Shown here piece after piece: positions 37,293 through 51,526 of a DNA stretch of 64,000 nucleotides (the stretch's first letter is position 1; each line of letters begins with the position of its first letter). Location: assembly GCA_964016885.1 (NCBI GenBank), contig OZ024741.1:399962001-400026000 (forward strand), written 5' to 3'. The notes beneath the pieces were generated by a model. That model saw only the letters and a program-made list of their open reading frames with translations. It was not told where the DNA came from and did not search any database. The translations under genes and the position numbers were made by a program. Source of the stretch: Eledone cirrhosa. Its lineage: Eukaryota.

Positions 37293-38530
37293 ACATACAT
37301 ACATGGTGGCAGCCAACTCGTTTTCAAGTATGGCCACTACTTTATATCCATGTAAAAGAACCCCTACCGATGGGCTGAATGAGTGACTTTTTAGTCCAGC
37401 CAGCGACTTGAAAACTCTGGTACAAACACTACACTTGTGACAATTATTGACACATAGTGCTGGGCCCATGGTACCATGTGATGACAAGTGCAGAGAGATT
37501 TCCAGATATAAAGCAATGCCTGTGCCGTGAAGTTTTTATAGTGAGCAAAGGCACTGCACAAAGCCAGTCCCACTCTCTTAACCAAGATGATATTTACCAA
37601 AAAGAAGAACAAGTCAACATCATTGGATACATTATATCAGGGTTTTCCTTCTCCTAGAATTCTGCCTTGACAAAGGCTAAGGGGTCATCTCTCCCGGTGA
37701 TTTTGGATGGCCATTGAGTCTTATGAGCTCCTTTGCCCTTTGACAGGTTTTGTTTTTAGTCCTGCAGGATGTCCAAAGTCACCCTCCTCACCAAGAAACC
37801 TTGGTGGGGTTGCCAGTTTAGTCGCCAATGACCCGACCATGAGACAGGTTGTACTGGGATACATGTTACCAGTAGCACCAACTGGTGACCTGACATATAT
37901 ACATACATACATGCATACATGGTGGCTGCCAACTCGTTTTCGAGTATGGCCACTACTTTATATCCATTTAGGAGAACCCCTACCGATGCGCTGAACAAGT
38001 GTGACTTTTTAGTCCAGCCAGCGACTTGAAAACTCTGGTACAAACACTACACTTGTGACAATTATTGACACATAGTGCTGGGCCCATGGTACCATGTGAC
38101 GACAAGTGCAGAGAGATCTCCAGATATAAAGCAATGCCTGTGCCGTGAAGCTTTTATAGTGAGCAAAGGCACTGCACAAAGCCAGTCCCACTCTCTTAAC
38201 CAAGATGATATTTACCAAAAAGAAGAACAAGTCAACATCATTGGATACCATCAGGGTTGCAGGTGTTATATCAGAGTTTTCCTTCTCCTAGAATTCTGCC
38301 TTGACAAAGGCTAAGGGGTCATCTCACCCAGTGATTTTGGATGGCCATTGACTCTTAAGAGCTCCTTTGCCCTTTGACAGGTTTTGTTTTTAGTCTTGCC
38401 GGATGTCCAAAGTCACCCTCCTCACCAAGAACTCTTGGTGGGGTTGCCAGTTTAATCGCCAACGACCCGACCATGGGACAGGTTGTACTGGGATACATGT
38501 TACCAGTAGCACCAACTGGTGACCTGACAA
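37293..38530 (-). mobile_element. Tandem pair (about 616-bp period) of a bipartite non-autonomous RTE-derived element
   Basis: 37305 recurs at 37921; encodes a C2H2 finger remnant CSVCTRVFKSLAGLKSH; (ATGT)n tails. Confidence 0.75.
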
Positions 38531-38686
38531 TAACATGCATACATACATACATACATACATACATGCAAACATACATACATATCTACCTAGTTGATGTTGT
38601 GTAAATTCCAATGAGAGAGTCTTGTAACTATGTTAGAAACCGACTCTCACTCTATTGGCAAAAATTTGTGAAATTATAAAACCAGA

Positions 38687-38717
<31 letters not shown>

Positions 38718-39195
38718 TATAATATTTAACTATATATTCTTTAATGATAAAATTTACCTAAATTAACTTTAATAACTTTTACTTTTAAAAAAGTTTTCAT
38801 CATCGGTTAAGTGTATGAGATTCAACTTTCCATGTATTTCTTTTCAAACTTTTTTCTGGATTTGACTTTTGTATTAAGTTTTTAAAGTAAGTTATGTTTT
38901 ATGCCTTAATTTCAAATGATTCAGGGTAGGTTTGTATGGGGGCAACTCTAATTGCAGAGATATTGGCTTGTTAGGCGGTTGGTAATAGGAAGGGCACACC
39001 ACTGTAGAAACAAAGCAAAAAAAAAGTGAAAAGGACTTTTTAGTTGTGTCCAGGGCATGACAACTTCTCTAGCGCTGGTGAACTACATGATAATAGACTG
39101 GAAAATAGAACAAATTTCTGGCCCTTTTAAACCTGGTGGAGTTCATTCTTTCTCAAGGTTTAAATACAGCAGATTTCTTGCTGAGAAGGACAGGG

Positions 39196-39395
39196 AGTGA
39201 TAGAGAGGAAGTGAGAAAGATATATATATATATAGAGAGAGAGGGAGTGATAGAGAGGAAGTGAGAAAGATATATATATATAGAGAGAGAGAGAGAGAGG
39301 AAGTGAGAAAGATATATATATATATAGAGAGAGAGAGAGAGGAAGTGAGAAAGATATATATATATATATATAGAGAGAGAGAGGAAGTGAGAAAG

Positions 39396-39431
<36 letters not shown>

Positions 39432-39443
39432 GAAGTGAGAAAG

Positions 39444-39494
<51 letters not shown>

Positions 39495-39501
39495 GTGGGA
39501 A

Positions 39502-39564
<63 letters not shown>

Positions 39565-39571
39565 GTGAGAA

Positions 39572-39619
<48 letters not shown>

Positions 39620-39892
39620 GAAGTGAGAAAGATATATATATATATAGAGAGAGAGAGAGGAAGTGAGAAAGATATATATATATATATAGAGAGAGAGAGA
39701 GGGGAAGTGAGAAAGATATATATATAATAGAGAGAGAGAGAGAGGAAGTGAGACAGATATATATATATATATAGAGAGAGAGAGAGGAAGTGAGAAAGAT
39801 ATATATATGTATATATATATATAGAGAGAGAGAGGAAGTGAGAAAGATATATATATGTATATATATATAGAGAGAGAGAGAGGAAGTGAGAA

Positions 39893-39979
<87 letters not shown>

Positions 39980-40160
39980 GTGAGAAAGATATATATATAG
40001 AGAGAGAGAGTGAGAGAGAGGAAGTGAGAAAGATATATATATATATATAGAGAGAGAGGAAGTGAGAAAGATATATATATATATATAGAGAGAGAGTGAG
40101 AGAGAGGAAGTGAGAAAGATATATATATATATATAGAGAGAGAGAGAGGAAGTGAGAAAG

Positions 40161-40194
<34 letters not shown>

Positions 40195-40478
40195 GAAGTG
40201 AGAAAGATATATATATATATAGAGAGAGAGAGAGAGGAAGTGAGAAAGATATATATATAGAGAGAGAGAGAGAGGAAGTGAGAAAGATATATATATATAG
40301 AGAGAGAGAGAGGAAGTGAGAAAGATATATATATATATAGAGAGAGAGGGGAAGTGAGAAAGATATATATATATATATAGAGAGAGAGAGAGGGGAAGTG
40401 AGAAAGATATATATATATAGAGAGAGAGAGAGGAAGTGAGAAAGATGTATATATATAGAGAGAGAGGAAGTGAGAAAG

Positions 40479-40510
<32 letters not shown>

Positions 40511-41612
40511 GAAGTGAGAAAGATATATATATATATATATAGAGAGAGTGAGAGAGAGGAAGTGAGAAAGATATATATATATAGAGAGAGAGAGAGGAAG
40601 TGAGAAAGATATATATATATAATAATAATGAAATTATTGTGTACAGTGCTCAGGTGCACTACAACTCATCAAAGGTGCATGTATAGTACATAGAATAATG
40701 TACAAATGTCCGGAAAATGAACAGTGTATGAGTCATAATATAATAATAATAACAATAATGAAATATTGTGTACAGTGCCCAGGTGCACCACAACTCATCA
40801 AAGGTGCATGTACAGTACATAGGGCAATGCACAAACATCAGTAAAATGAACAGTGCACGAGTCATGATGTACACATGTGTGCATGTGTATGGAAGGGGTA
40901 CATCAGGTGTAGTTTTGGCGTATTTCGGGAAGCATGAGTGTCTTAAAGGATGCAGTGTCTCGGCAGCTAACAACTGACGCAGGCAGTTTGTTCCATGGAG
41001 GTTTTAAAGGATGCAGTGTCTCGACAGCTAATAACTGATGCAGGGAGTTTGTTCCATGGAGGTTTTAAAGGATGCAGTGTCTTGACAGCTAATAACTGAT
41101 GCAGGGAGTTTGTTCCATGGAGGTTTTAAAGGATGCAGTGTCTTGACAGCTAATAACTGATGCAGGGAGTTTGTTCCATGGAGGTTTTAAAGGATGCAGT
41201 GTCTTGACAGCGAACAACTGACGCAGGCAGTTTGTTCCATGCTTCAGCAACTCTAAGCGTGAAAAAATGTCTACGAAAGTCATGGGAGCTGTGCTGTTTT
41301 CTGATCTTGTAGGCATGTGTTAGACACAGGGAGATCAAAAAGGTGCTCAGGGTTGTTGTTGGCGAGATGGTTAATAACTTTATGGGTGTTTACCAAGTCC
41401 ATTGCCAGACGTCGGTGCTTCAATGAATCTATGCCCAGGGAAGCAAGGCATTCAGAGTATGGTAGGTGTCCGATGGAGGGTATGCGCTATATATATATAT
41501 ATAGAGAGAGAGAGAGGAAGTGAGAAAGATATATATATATATATAGAGAGAGAGAGAGGAAGTGAGAAAGATATATATATATATAGAGAGAGAGAGAGAG
41601 GAAGTGAGAAAG

Positions 41613-41644
<32 letters not shown>

Positions 41645-41694
41645 GAAGTGAGAAAGATATATATATATATAGAGAGAGAGAGGAAGTGAGAAAG

Positions 41695-41728
<34 letters not shown>

Positions 41729-41992
41729 GAAGTGAGAAAGATATATATATATAGAGAGAGAGAGGAAGTGAGAAAGATATATATATATATATAGAGAGAG
41801 AGAGGGAGAGGAAGTGAGAAAGATATATATATATAGAGAGAGAGAGAGAGAAGAAGTGAGAAAGATATATATATATATATAGAGAGAGAGAGAGGAAGTG
41901 AGAAAGATATATATATAGAGAGAGAGAGTGAGAGAGAGGAAGTGAGAAAGATATATATATATATATAGAGAGAGAGAGAGGAAGTGAGAAAG

Positions 41993-42024
<32 letters not shown>

Positions 42025-42036
42025 GAAGTGAGAAAG

Positions 42037-42076
<40 letters not shown>

Positions 42077-42134
42077 GAAGTGAGAAAGATATATATATAT
42101 AGAGAGAGAGAGAGAGGGAGAGGAAGTGAGAAAG

Positions 42135-42166
<32 letters not shown>

Positions 42167-42340
42167 GAAGTGAGAAAGATATATATATATATATAGAGAG
42201 AGAGAGGAAGTGAGAAAGATATATATATATAGAGAGAGAGTGATAGAGAGGAAGTGAGAAAGATATATATATATAGAGAGAGAGAGAGGAAGTGAGAAAG
42301 ATATATATATATATATAGAGAGAGAGAGGAAGTGAGAAAG

Positions 42341-42374
<34 letters not shown>

Positions 42375-42468
42375 GAAGTGAGAAAGATATATATATATAG
42401 AGAGAGAGAGAGAGAGGAAGTGAGAAAGATATATATATATATAGAGAGAGAGAGAGGAAGTGAGAAAG

Positions 42469-42523
<55 letters not shown>

Positions 42524-42697
42524 GTGAGAAAGATATATATATAGAGAGAGAGTGAGAGAGAGGAAGTGAGAAAGATATATATATATATAGAGAGAGAGAG
42601 AGGAAGTGAGAAAGATATATATATATAGAGAGAGAGAGAGAGGAAGTGAGAAAGATATATATATAGAGAGAGAGAGAGAGGAAGTGAGAAAGATATA
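39196..42697. repeat. Compound satellite GAGGAAGTGAGAAAG(AT)n(AG)n, split by a CR1 fragment
   Basis: Arrays at 39196-40620 and 41488-42697; fixed core with variable microsatellite lengths. Confidence 0.95.
40620..41487 (-). mobile_element. CR1 3' fragment with about 5 copies of the 61-bp unit
   Basis: Homologous to 19115-19930 and 20365-21507. Confidence 0.88.
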
Positions 42698-43349
42698 AGA
42701 GTTGAACCCCAGTAGTGGAGAGGAAAATAGTTTTATCAATGTTGAAATAATGAAAGACATAGTTGACCTGAAAGTACTGAGAGAGTAGAGAGAGCTGGAA
42801 CATGGTCCATATGATGAGCTTTCAAATAGGTTCTGCATGTGAGGGCCCAATTTAGACCTTGAGGAGGCCCAGGGCACTTCAGGTTTGGAAGGCCCTCATA
42901 CACGAAACATAGAATACACAACAAACCCCCAATTTTACATATCAAAGTTAGCTGAGCACAAGTAATTGGAATTGAAAAGTTATACTTATAGATATTAAAT
43001 TAAAAAAATTCTAACTATCCTAAAACTAAAAAGCCCAGCTGAGGGCACAAATAAATTGCTACAGCCATCACTGGTGCCCCCATCCCTCATACACACACAC
43101 ACTGCAGAGGGCCTGGGGCTATTGATTCCGTTTCCCCCCACCCTCATAAATCCAGCACTGCTGCCTGTCCAATTTCACTCACAAGGCTTGGGTCAATCAA
43201 AGGCTATGGTAAATGAGAATTGTTCAAGTAGCCCCACTGTCAGTATATCTGTGTGGGTGGTGAATTATTATAAATTAGAATATCTACCTAGAATGTTATG
43301 AACCCCCTTCCCCCTGGTAATGGGCCTGCACCGCCATCTCATCACGGAA

Positions 43350-43700
43350 TCATCATCATCATCATCATCACCGTTTTACATCCGTTCTTCCTCGCTAGCA
43401 TGGGTTAGACGGGTTGTCCTGTTGTGGGCAGTGTCTAGTCGGCTGACCATGCCTTGCTCATACAGGAACTGATCTGGCTTGATTTCTACAGCTGGATGCC
43501 CTTCCTAACACCAACCTCATTTACAGTGAGTGCTGGGTGCTTTTTCGTGGCGCCTACACGTCCACTTTACAGTGTGGGCTGGGTGCTTTTTTGCCGTGGC
43601 ACCTCCACGACCACCTTGCGGTGGGGGGAGTGGGGGCATATTGTTTATATGCTTCAGCATGTACCCATGGGAGGTCGGGTACCCTGTATTACTGCGTGAC
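43350..43700 (-). mobile_element. Young SINE copy with RTE-type tail, near-identical to 56085-56440
   Basis: Matching translated ORFs 43454..43699 and 56162..56440. Confidence 0.85.
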
Positions 43701-44717
43701 GCCAGAAGTCACGGTCGTGTGTCATTGTCTTTGAGAGGTGTAGTTGGGTAAGGTCGGCTTTTATCACCTCATCCCATGTCATCTTGGGTCTCCCCTCTCC
43801 GCGCTACACAATGTTTTAGTGTATTTGGGTCTCTCCACTCCCCACTACACAATGTTTTAGTGTATTTTATTGCAAGATTTCAGGCCAAGACTTTCATTTG
43901 GGGACACCCTTATTCCTCTCACATCCAGTCCTGGAGGCCCTAAAAATTGTCATGAATCCTGCCCTTTTCTCTGGCTAAGCAACAACAACAAAAAGCTTCA
44001 TTGACCTTGATATAAATTAAACTCAGAAAGTTAATGAAAGACCAAATTAGTTACATACAGTATAGTCCCATATTTTAACCCTTTAACATCTAAACTGGCT
44101 GTATCTGGCCAGAATTATCTCACTTCTTTCAGTTCAAACCGGCCATAACAGGCTGCTCATACTGATGTTAAGGTATTATTCTCAAAATAAATAACATCAG
44201 AATCTCGTAAATTTGATATTATGTGAGATAATTATGTGAGATAAAGCCTTTACCACAAAATTACAATAGTAAATATAGAGTAATGTAAATGGTAATGGGT
44301 TAAACATGCTAAATGGATGATCCAACAAGAGAGCCTCCAAGTGATTGCTAAACCTGCTGGAAATAGCAGTTAAAATTCCCTCAGATTACACCTCATAGTT
44401 TTGGAAAGAAAGGGACACACAGAATAATGTAGTTCTAAAACCACACTGTCCAAGAGAAGGATGGTAGTGGTTATGGCTGAAGTGAGAGGTGGGGATGGAG
44501 GGTACTGTTAATGAACAACAAGAATATAGTAAAATTATATTTATGAATGGTGATAAAATATTTATTGTTATATTTGGGGAAGGTGATGTTGTCCTAATAT
44601 TGACAAAAATAGTAAAACAGACTTACTGTTTGGTGTTTGCTTCAGTTTCAGTATCTTTTTTTATACATAAAATTATTATATATACTGAAACTGAAGTAAA
44701 AACCACACCAAACCATG

Positions 44718-44719
<2 letters not shown>

Positions 44720-44752
<33 letters not shown>

Positions 44753-45575
44753 CCATTTTACGTCCATTCTTCCACGCTAGTATGTGCTAGATGTGTTGCC
44801 CTGTTGTGGACAATGCTAGGTCAGGTGACCATGTCTTGCTCATACAGAACTGATTTTGGCTTGGATTCTACAGCTGGATGTCCTTCCTAACACCAACCTC
44901 ATTTACAGTGAGTGCTGGGTGCTTTTTGTTGTGACACCTACATGATCGCTTTACAGTGAGTGCTGGGTGCTTTTTGTTGTGACACCTACATGATCGCTTT
45001 ACAGTATGGGTTGGGTACTTTTTGTTGTGACACCTACATGACCACTTTACAGTGTGGGTTGGGTACTTTTTGTTGTGACACCTACATGACCACTTTACAG
45101 TATGGGTTGGGTACTTTTTGTTGTGACACCTACATGACCACTTTACAGTGTGGGTTGGGTGCTTTTTGTTGTGACACCTACATGACCACTTTACAGTGTG
45201 GGTTGGGTGCTTTTTGTTGTGACACCTACATGACCACTTTACAGTGTGGGTTGGGTGCTTTTTGTTGTGACACCTACATGATCACTTTACAGTGTGGGTT
45301 GGGTGCTTTTTGCTGTGACACCTACATGACCACTTTACAGTGTGGACTGGGTACTTTTTGTTGTGACACCTTCGCGACCACTTTACAGTGTGGGTTGGGC
45401 ACTTTTTGTCGTGTCACCATCACGACCACTTTACAGTGTGAGCTGGGGGCTTCACTGGATGTATACTTTGGCCTGTCCTTATGGGAGGGTGGAGTGGGCA
45501 TACTGTATATATGCTTCAGCTTTGGCCTGTGCCTGTGGGAAGTCAGGTCTTCCATATTACTGCATGACGCCAGAG
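44720..45575 (-). repeat. SINE with internal 40-bp tandem expansion (similar array at about 51560-52140, plus strand)
   Basis: (tttttgttgtgacacctacatgaccactttacagtgtgggttgggtgc)n, reverse complement of the 9120-9900 unit. Confidence 0.85.
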
Positions 45576-46112
45576 ATCTTGGTCCTGTGTTTTATTATTT
45601 TTTGGCAATATTAGGACAACATGACCCACCCCAAATATAACAATATCTCTTTCAACACACGATTTCATATCAAAATCCTTGCAAAACAAATACCCCACTG
45701 TGATAAAATGTTTGCTTTTGTTATATAAATTTAATTCTAGAAATGCAATAAAACTGCATAAATGTTCAAATTCATATCATTACTGTGTGGGAGGAAGGAT
45801 CTGAGAAGAGGCGGTTGGAGGAGGAATTTTAAATATTAAATTAGAACCATGTGGTTAGTTATCAAAGAATGATTGTTGCACTACAACACAATATGACATA
45901 GAGTCCATAGGATAAAAGTGACTTCAACTAAAATAAATAAGTAAATAAAGGAGTGAATAAACACACATATATATATATAGATATGCATATATGTATATAT
46001 ATAAAATAGAGTTGAAAAAATAAAAGCTTCTTCCCTTATATATATGTGTGTGTGTATATATATATATATATATGTGTGTGCGTGTGTGTGTGTGTATATA
46101 TATAAATATATA

Positions 46113-46158
<46 letters not shown>

Positions 46159-48439
46159 TATATATATATCTTAGCTGTGATTAATGATTACCAATAGTCA
46201 CATATGACAGATTTAAATTTGACTAACGTGCTATGTAAGATATTTTCTCTTCTTCATTGGAACGTTGATTAATCTAAATTGCATTCAACATATATTGGTA
46301 AACATAAGAAATAAGCAAGTAAATATAGAGTATATTTCTGTAAACATATGTTCAATATTGATTAGAGTTTTGTTTTTTATTTAACTACACACGGTTAGTA
46401 AGAAAACAGACATGAAAATAACTAAGCTACAAATCCTAAGTCAAACAAATCTTGGCAATATATTCGGTGATTATTGACTTACAAATAACTTTCTATTGCT
46501 GCAATGAAGAAACTATAGAGAGAGGGAAAACATTTGTGACTCCATGTTTCTGTATCTCTGTATGAGGCTTGGCTGAAAATTAGCTGACTTTGAAGGAGTG
46601 ATGCTGTGATGTTAGGGCTGTGAAATCTTGTAGGCATTTATTTTGAACTTTTCTTATTAATAACTGCATTGTTTCTTGTTAGGGACTATGTTGAGAAATA
46701 AACCTCCTTTGGTAATTCCATGAGAGTATCTTGGTCAGCATATGAAGGAGTGATGCTATTGCTGTGAAATCTTGCATGCATTAATTTCAACTCTTCTTAT
46801 TAATAACTGCATTGTTTCTTGCTAGGGACTATGTTGAAAAAGAAACCTCCTTTGGTCATTCCATGAGAGTATCTTGGTCAGCCTATAAATTGAGGAAGGA
46901 GCCCCATGAAGTGAGTGGCTGTTGTAGCAGGTCTCACTGGCCATTATCTGTGGCAATACCTTCACCATTCTGTCTGCAGGGCACAGCTGAATCACCACTC
47001 AGACTGGGGTGTAGAGTCTGTCTCTCCCTTTCCTTCGTGTTTTCATTCTCTCTTTTCTTTTTGTTCTTTCCCTTTCCATTTTCTTGTTTCATTTAAATAT
47101 TATTTGTTATCTTATAATAATTGTTTCTACTTTTGGCACAAGGCCAGCAATTATGCCAGTGTATTACTGGTACTTTATTTTATCGACCCCGTAAGGATGA
47201 AAGGCAAAGTTGACCTTGGTGGGATTTTAACTCAGACTGTAAAGGGCCTTAACTCTATGCTGTAAAGCATGGCGTCCGGCCCTCTACCGATACTGCCAAC
47301 CCACCACCCTTGATCTTATAATAATTGTTTCTGATTTAGGCACAAGGTCAACAATTTGGGGGGAGGGGAAAGTCGATTGAATTGACCCCAGTACGTTACT
47401 GGTACTTTATTTTCTCGACCCTGTAAGGATGAAAGACAAAGCTAACGTCAGCTGAGAACATAAAGGGCCATAACTGTATGCTACAAAGCAGGGAGTCTGA
47501 CGCTCTACCGATTCTGCCAATCCACCACCTTATGTTATTTTATAATAATTAACAAATATTGATATATTTGAAATTGCTGGAACTAACTAATATTAACCCT
47601 TTAGCATTTAGATTACTCTATATATTGTGTAGTGTTTTCATGGTAAAACCTTTATCTCACATAATTATATCACATAATATCGAATCTATGAGAATTTGTT
47701 GTTATTTATTTTGAGAACAATACTTTAACATCAGTATGAGTGGTCAGTTACAGCAGGTTTGAATAGAAAAAGGTGTTACCTCCCTATATTTATATGTTGC
47801 ATTTTTCTTGTTTGATTCTAGCAATATTCTTGTCCCATATCCATGGCCAGATTTAATGGGAGGCAAAGGGGGCAATTTTTCCCAGGTCCCCTGCAATGAA
47901 GTGTTCCACCGGCAATGGCTGTAGCAATTTATTTGTGCCCTCAGCTGGGCTTTTTAGTTTTCGGGTGGCTAAAATTATTTTAATTTAATACCTGTATGTA
48001 TAACTTTTCAATTCCAATTACTTGCACAAGTTAACTTTGATATGTAAAATTGGGGGGTTTGCTGTATATTCTAATTTTTTGTACCCTGCGTCCCCAAAGG
48101 TCTACCTCAGATCCTGCCCATATCAGTTTATAAATATTTCGTCTTGTTTCCATTCACCACCTAAAAATAAATAAACACAACTGCCACATGTGACAGGTTC
48201 TCTGTCTCCAACTTAATCGCTTCGGTCACAAACCCTGGTACTATGGCTTGTAATTCAAAGAGAATGAAGACAAATACCAGGGATTGTCCAGATGCTTCCT
48301 CTTTGCACCCATCCCCATCTAGACCTCAGGCATACTCAGATCCCATACTGCCGAGCTCCTCCACATCGGATCAGCAGCCCATCTGAGGAAGGAGCACCAC
48401 AAGGTGGTGTGGCTGTTGTAGCCAGTTGTTGCTGGCCAT

Positions 48440-48970
48440 TCATCATCATCACCATCATCATCATTTTACGTCCGCTTTTCCCTGCTTGCAAGGGTGGGAC
48501 GGGTCCTATTCAACACAGCATCTCTCCACTTGACACGGTCCTTCGTCATCTCCTCCGTGAGTTTCAGCGATCTGAGGTCTGCTCTCACCACCTCCACCCA
48601 TGTTTTTTGTGGTCTGCCTCTACTGCGTCTTCCTTCTACTGGGATTTCTCCCCACTTCTTCACCCAGCTGTCATCCTCCATGTGCATCACATGTCCATAC
48701 CATCTCAGTCTTCTCTCCTGCACACCACAACTTATCCCTCTTAAACACAGTTTCTCTCTCAACACATTCCTGCTCGGTCATTCACACACATTGACATTGC
48801 ACATCCAACAGAGTATACTTGCCTCATTTCTCTCCAGCTGTCGCATATCCTCTGCAGTTGCTGCCCATGTCTCACTACCATGCAGCATCATATAACCGGC
48901 CTTTCGTACGCAGGGAGAAACCCTTCTTTGTCAGCAGAGGAAGCAGGCCCCTAAACTTCTTCCAACCTGT
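48440..48970 (-). mobile_element. RTE LINE 3' fragment
   Basis: RRLRWYGHVMHM..GRRSRGRPQKTW..; (GAT)n tail. Confidence 0.88.
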
Positions 48971-49216
48971 CTGCGGAACTACTTTTGTGGATTTGTTCAT
49001 GGGTTGCAGCCCCAACACCGCTGCACCCTAGGCCCAGAGCCCACCGCCCTCTCCCCTTCTCCTCTCTTTCTTCTGAGGCCCAAGAGCCCTTGTGTTTCCC
49101 TGCTTTTCCTCTCTTCAAATCAAAACTAAAATTCAAAATATATTTTAATAAATCATTTGAAGTTTTATTCTTGTTAAATTTTTGTTCTTTCCTGTTAATT
49201 TGAAAATCTCATTAGT

Positions 49217-49601
49217 TATTGGTCATGGTTGGTTCCATGTGGCTATTAGATATCGGTCATCTTTGGTCTCATGTGGCTATGAGATATTGGTCATGGTTGG
49301 TCCCATGTGGCTATGAGATATTGGTCATGGTTGGTCTCATGTGGCTATTAGATATTGGTCATGGTTGGTCCCATGTAGCTATGAGATATTGGTCATGTTT
49401 GGTCCCATGTGGCTATGAGATATTGCTCATGGTTGGTCCCATATGGCTATGAGATATTGGTCATGGTTGGTCCCATGTGGCTATGAGATATTGGTCATGG
49501 TTGGTCCCATGTGGCTATGAGATATTGGTCATGGTTGGTCCCATGTGGCTATGAGATATTGGTCATGGTTGGTCCCATGTGGCTATGAGATATTGGTCAT
49601 G
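49217..49601. repeat. 34-bp minisatellite
   Basis: (gagatattggtcatggttggtcccatgtggctat)n, about 11 copies. Confidence 0.95.
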
Positions 49602-49749
49602 TTTATTTAACAAAATCTTCAAAACTTCAAACTAAGATCTTCATTGTTTCAGTGAAAGTCAACAGGGGAATTCTTGTCTGTGTTTTGTCTATGTATATGA
49701 TGACATTAAGATATATTTTACTGACTAATTTCAGACAATCTGTGTGTTG

Positions 49750-50313
<564 letters not shown>

Positions 50314-51332
50314 CGTATATATATATACACACACACACATCCCACCCACTTCTGTCCACACCACCCTTACATTATAAAGTCATGTAGGTATCACAAAAAA
50401 GCATCCAGGCAACACTGTAAAGTGGTCGGGTAGGAGTCAGGACAAAAGCATTCAGGCAACACTGTAAAGTGGTCGGGTAGGAGTCAGGACAAAAGCATCC
50501 AGGCAACACTGTAAAGATATGAGACTAGAAGTGATTTCTTGAAACATTTGTTTCATGTAGTTTAATAAACAAAGTATAATGATTTTTTAATTTTCCACAA
50601 ATTCACATATTTTAAGGAATCATTATAATAGACCTCAGCTTGAAACCTGTTTAATTGACCAGGGAAGGGTTAAAGACAAAAGTAAACCATGGTGATGTTT
50701 AACCCTTTAGCATTTAAACTGGTCATATCCAGCCAGAATTCTCTCACCTCTTTCTATTCAAACTGGCCATAGCTTGCCACTCATACTGATGTTAAGGTAT
50801 TGTTCTCAAAATAAATAATATCAAAATCACATAGATTTGATATTATGTGAGGTAAAGCTTTTACTGTAAACATACAATAGTATATATAGAGGTATGTGAG
50901 ATATTATGTGAGGTAATTATGTGAGATAAAGCCTTTGCCATGAAAATACAATAGTATATATAATGTAAATGCAATGTGAGATATTATGTGAGATAATTAT
51001 ATGAGATAAAAGTGTTTACTATGTAAATACAACAGTAAATGTAGAGTAATGTAAATGTTATGTGAGGTAAAGCCTTTACTGTGAAAATACAATAGTAAAT
51101 ATAGAGTAATGTAAATACTAAAGGGTTAAACACAAAATAAAAAGTGACATAAGTACCACAAGACATCTGTCTACTGTTCAACTAATGTTTCCATCTTTTA
51201 ATCAAAGTATAATAATAATTCTATGGTCTTTCTGTTATAATTGTGGTTAGATAAACGTTTGCTAAGCTGTTACCCAGGATGGACAAATAGTCTGATGTGT
51301 TCTCCTTTCTTTCAAATATTATGACTTAATCA

Positions 51333-51526
51333 CAAGGGCGGTGGATTGGCAGTATCGGTAGAGGGTCAGACGTCATGCTTTGATGCATAGAGTTACGGCC
51401 CTTTCTATTCTGAGTTCAAATCCCGCTGAGGTCAACTTTGCCTTTCATCCTTACGGGGTTGATAAAATAAAGTACCAGTAATGTACTGGGTAATTGCTGG
51501 CCTTGTGCCAAAAGTAGAAACAATTA
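51333..51526 (+). mobile_element. tRNA-derived SINE, family A (Nin-domain-like core), more than 12 copies in the window
   Basis: A box tggcagtatcgg, B box gagttcaaatcc, core gcctttcatccttacggggttgataaaataaagtaccag; this copy has an about 15-bp TSD attatgacttaatca. Confidence 0.88.

Noticed and set aside
39196-42697. CRISPR-like repeat-spacer appearance
   Set aside because: The spacers are just (AT)n(AG)n, the context is eukaryotic, and there are no cas genes.
39160-42877. Long ORFs of 438-499 aa (YI/SL-rich)
   Set aside because: Translations of the compound satellite; no domain content.
46595-47100. Possible solo LTR (about 150-bp tandem duplication plus TATAAA)
   Set aside because: I could not identify TG..CA ends with a TSD or a second copy.
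51337-51430. tRNA genes
   Set aside because: The A/B boxes belong to SINE heads; no cloverleaf, and SINE body, tail and TSD follow.
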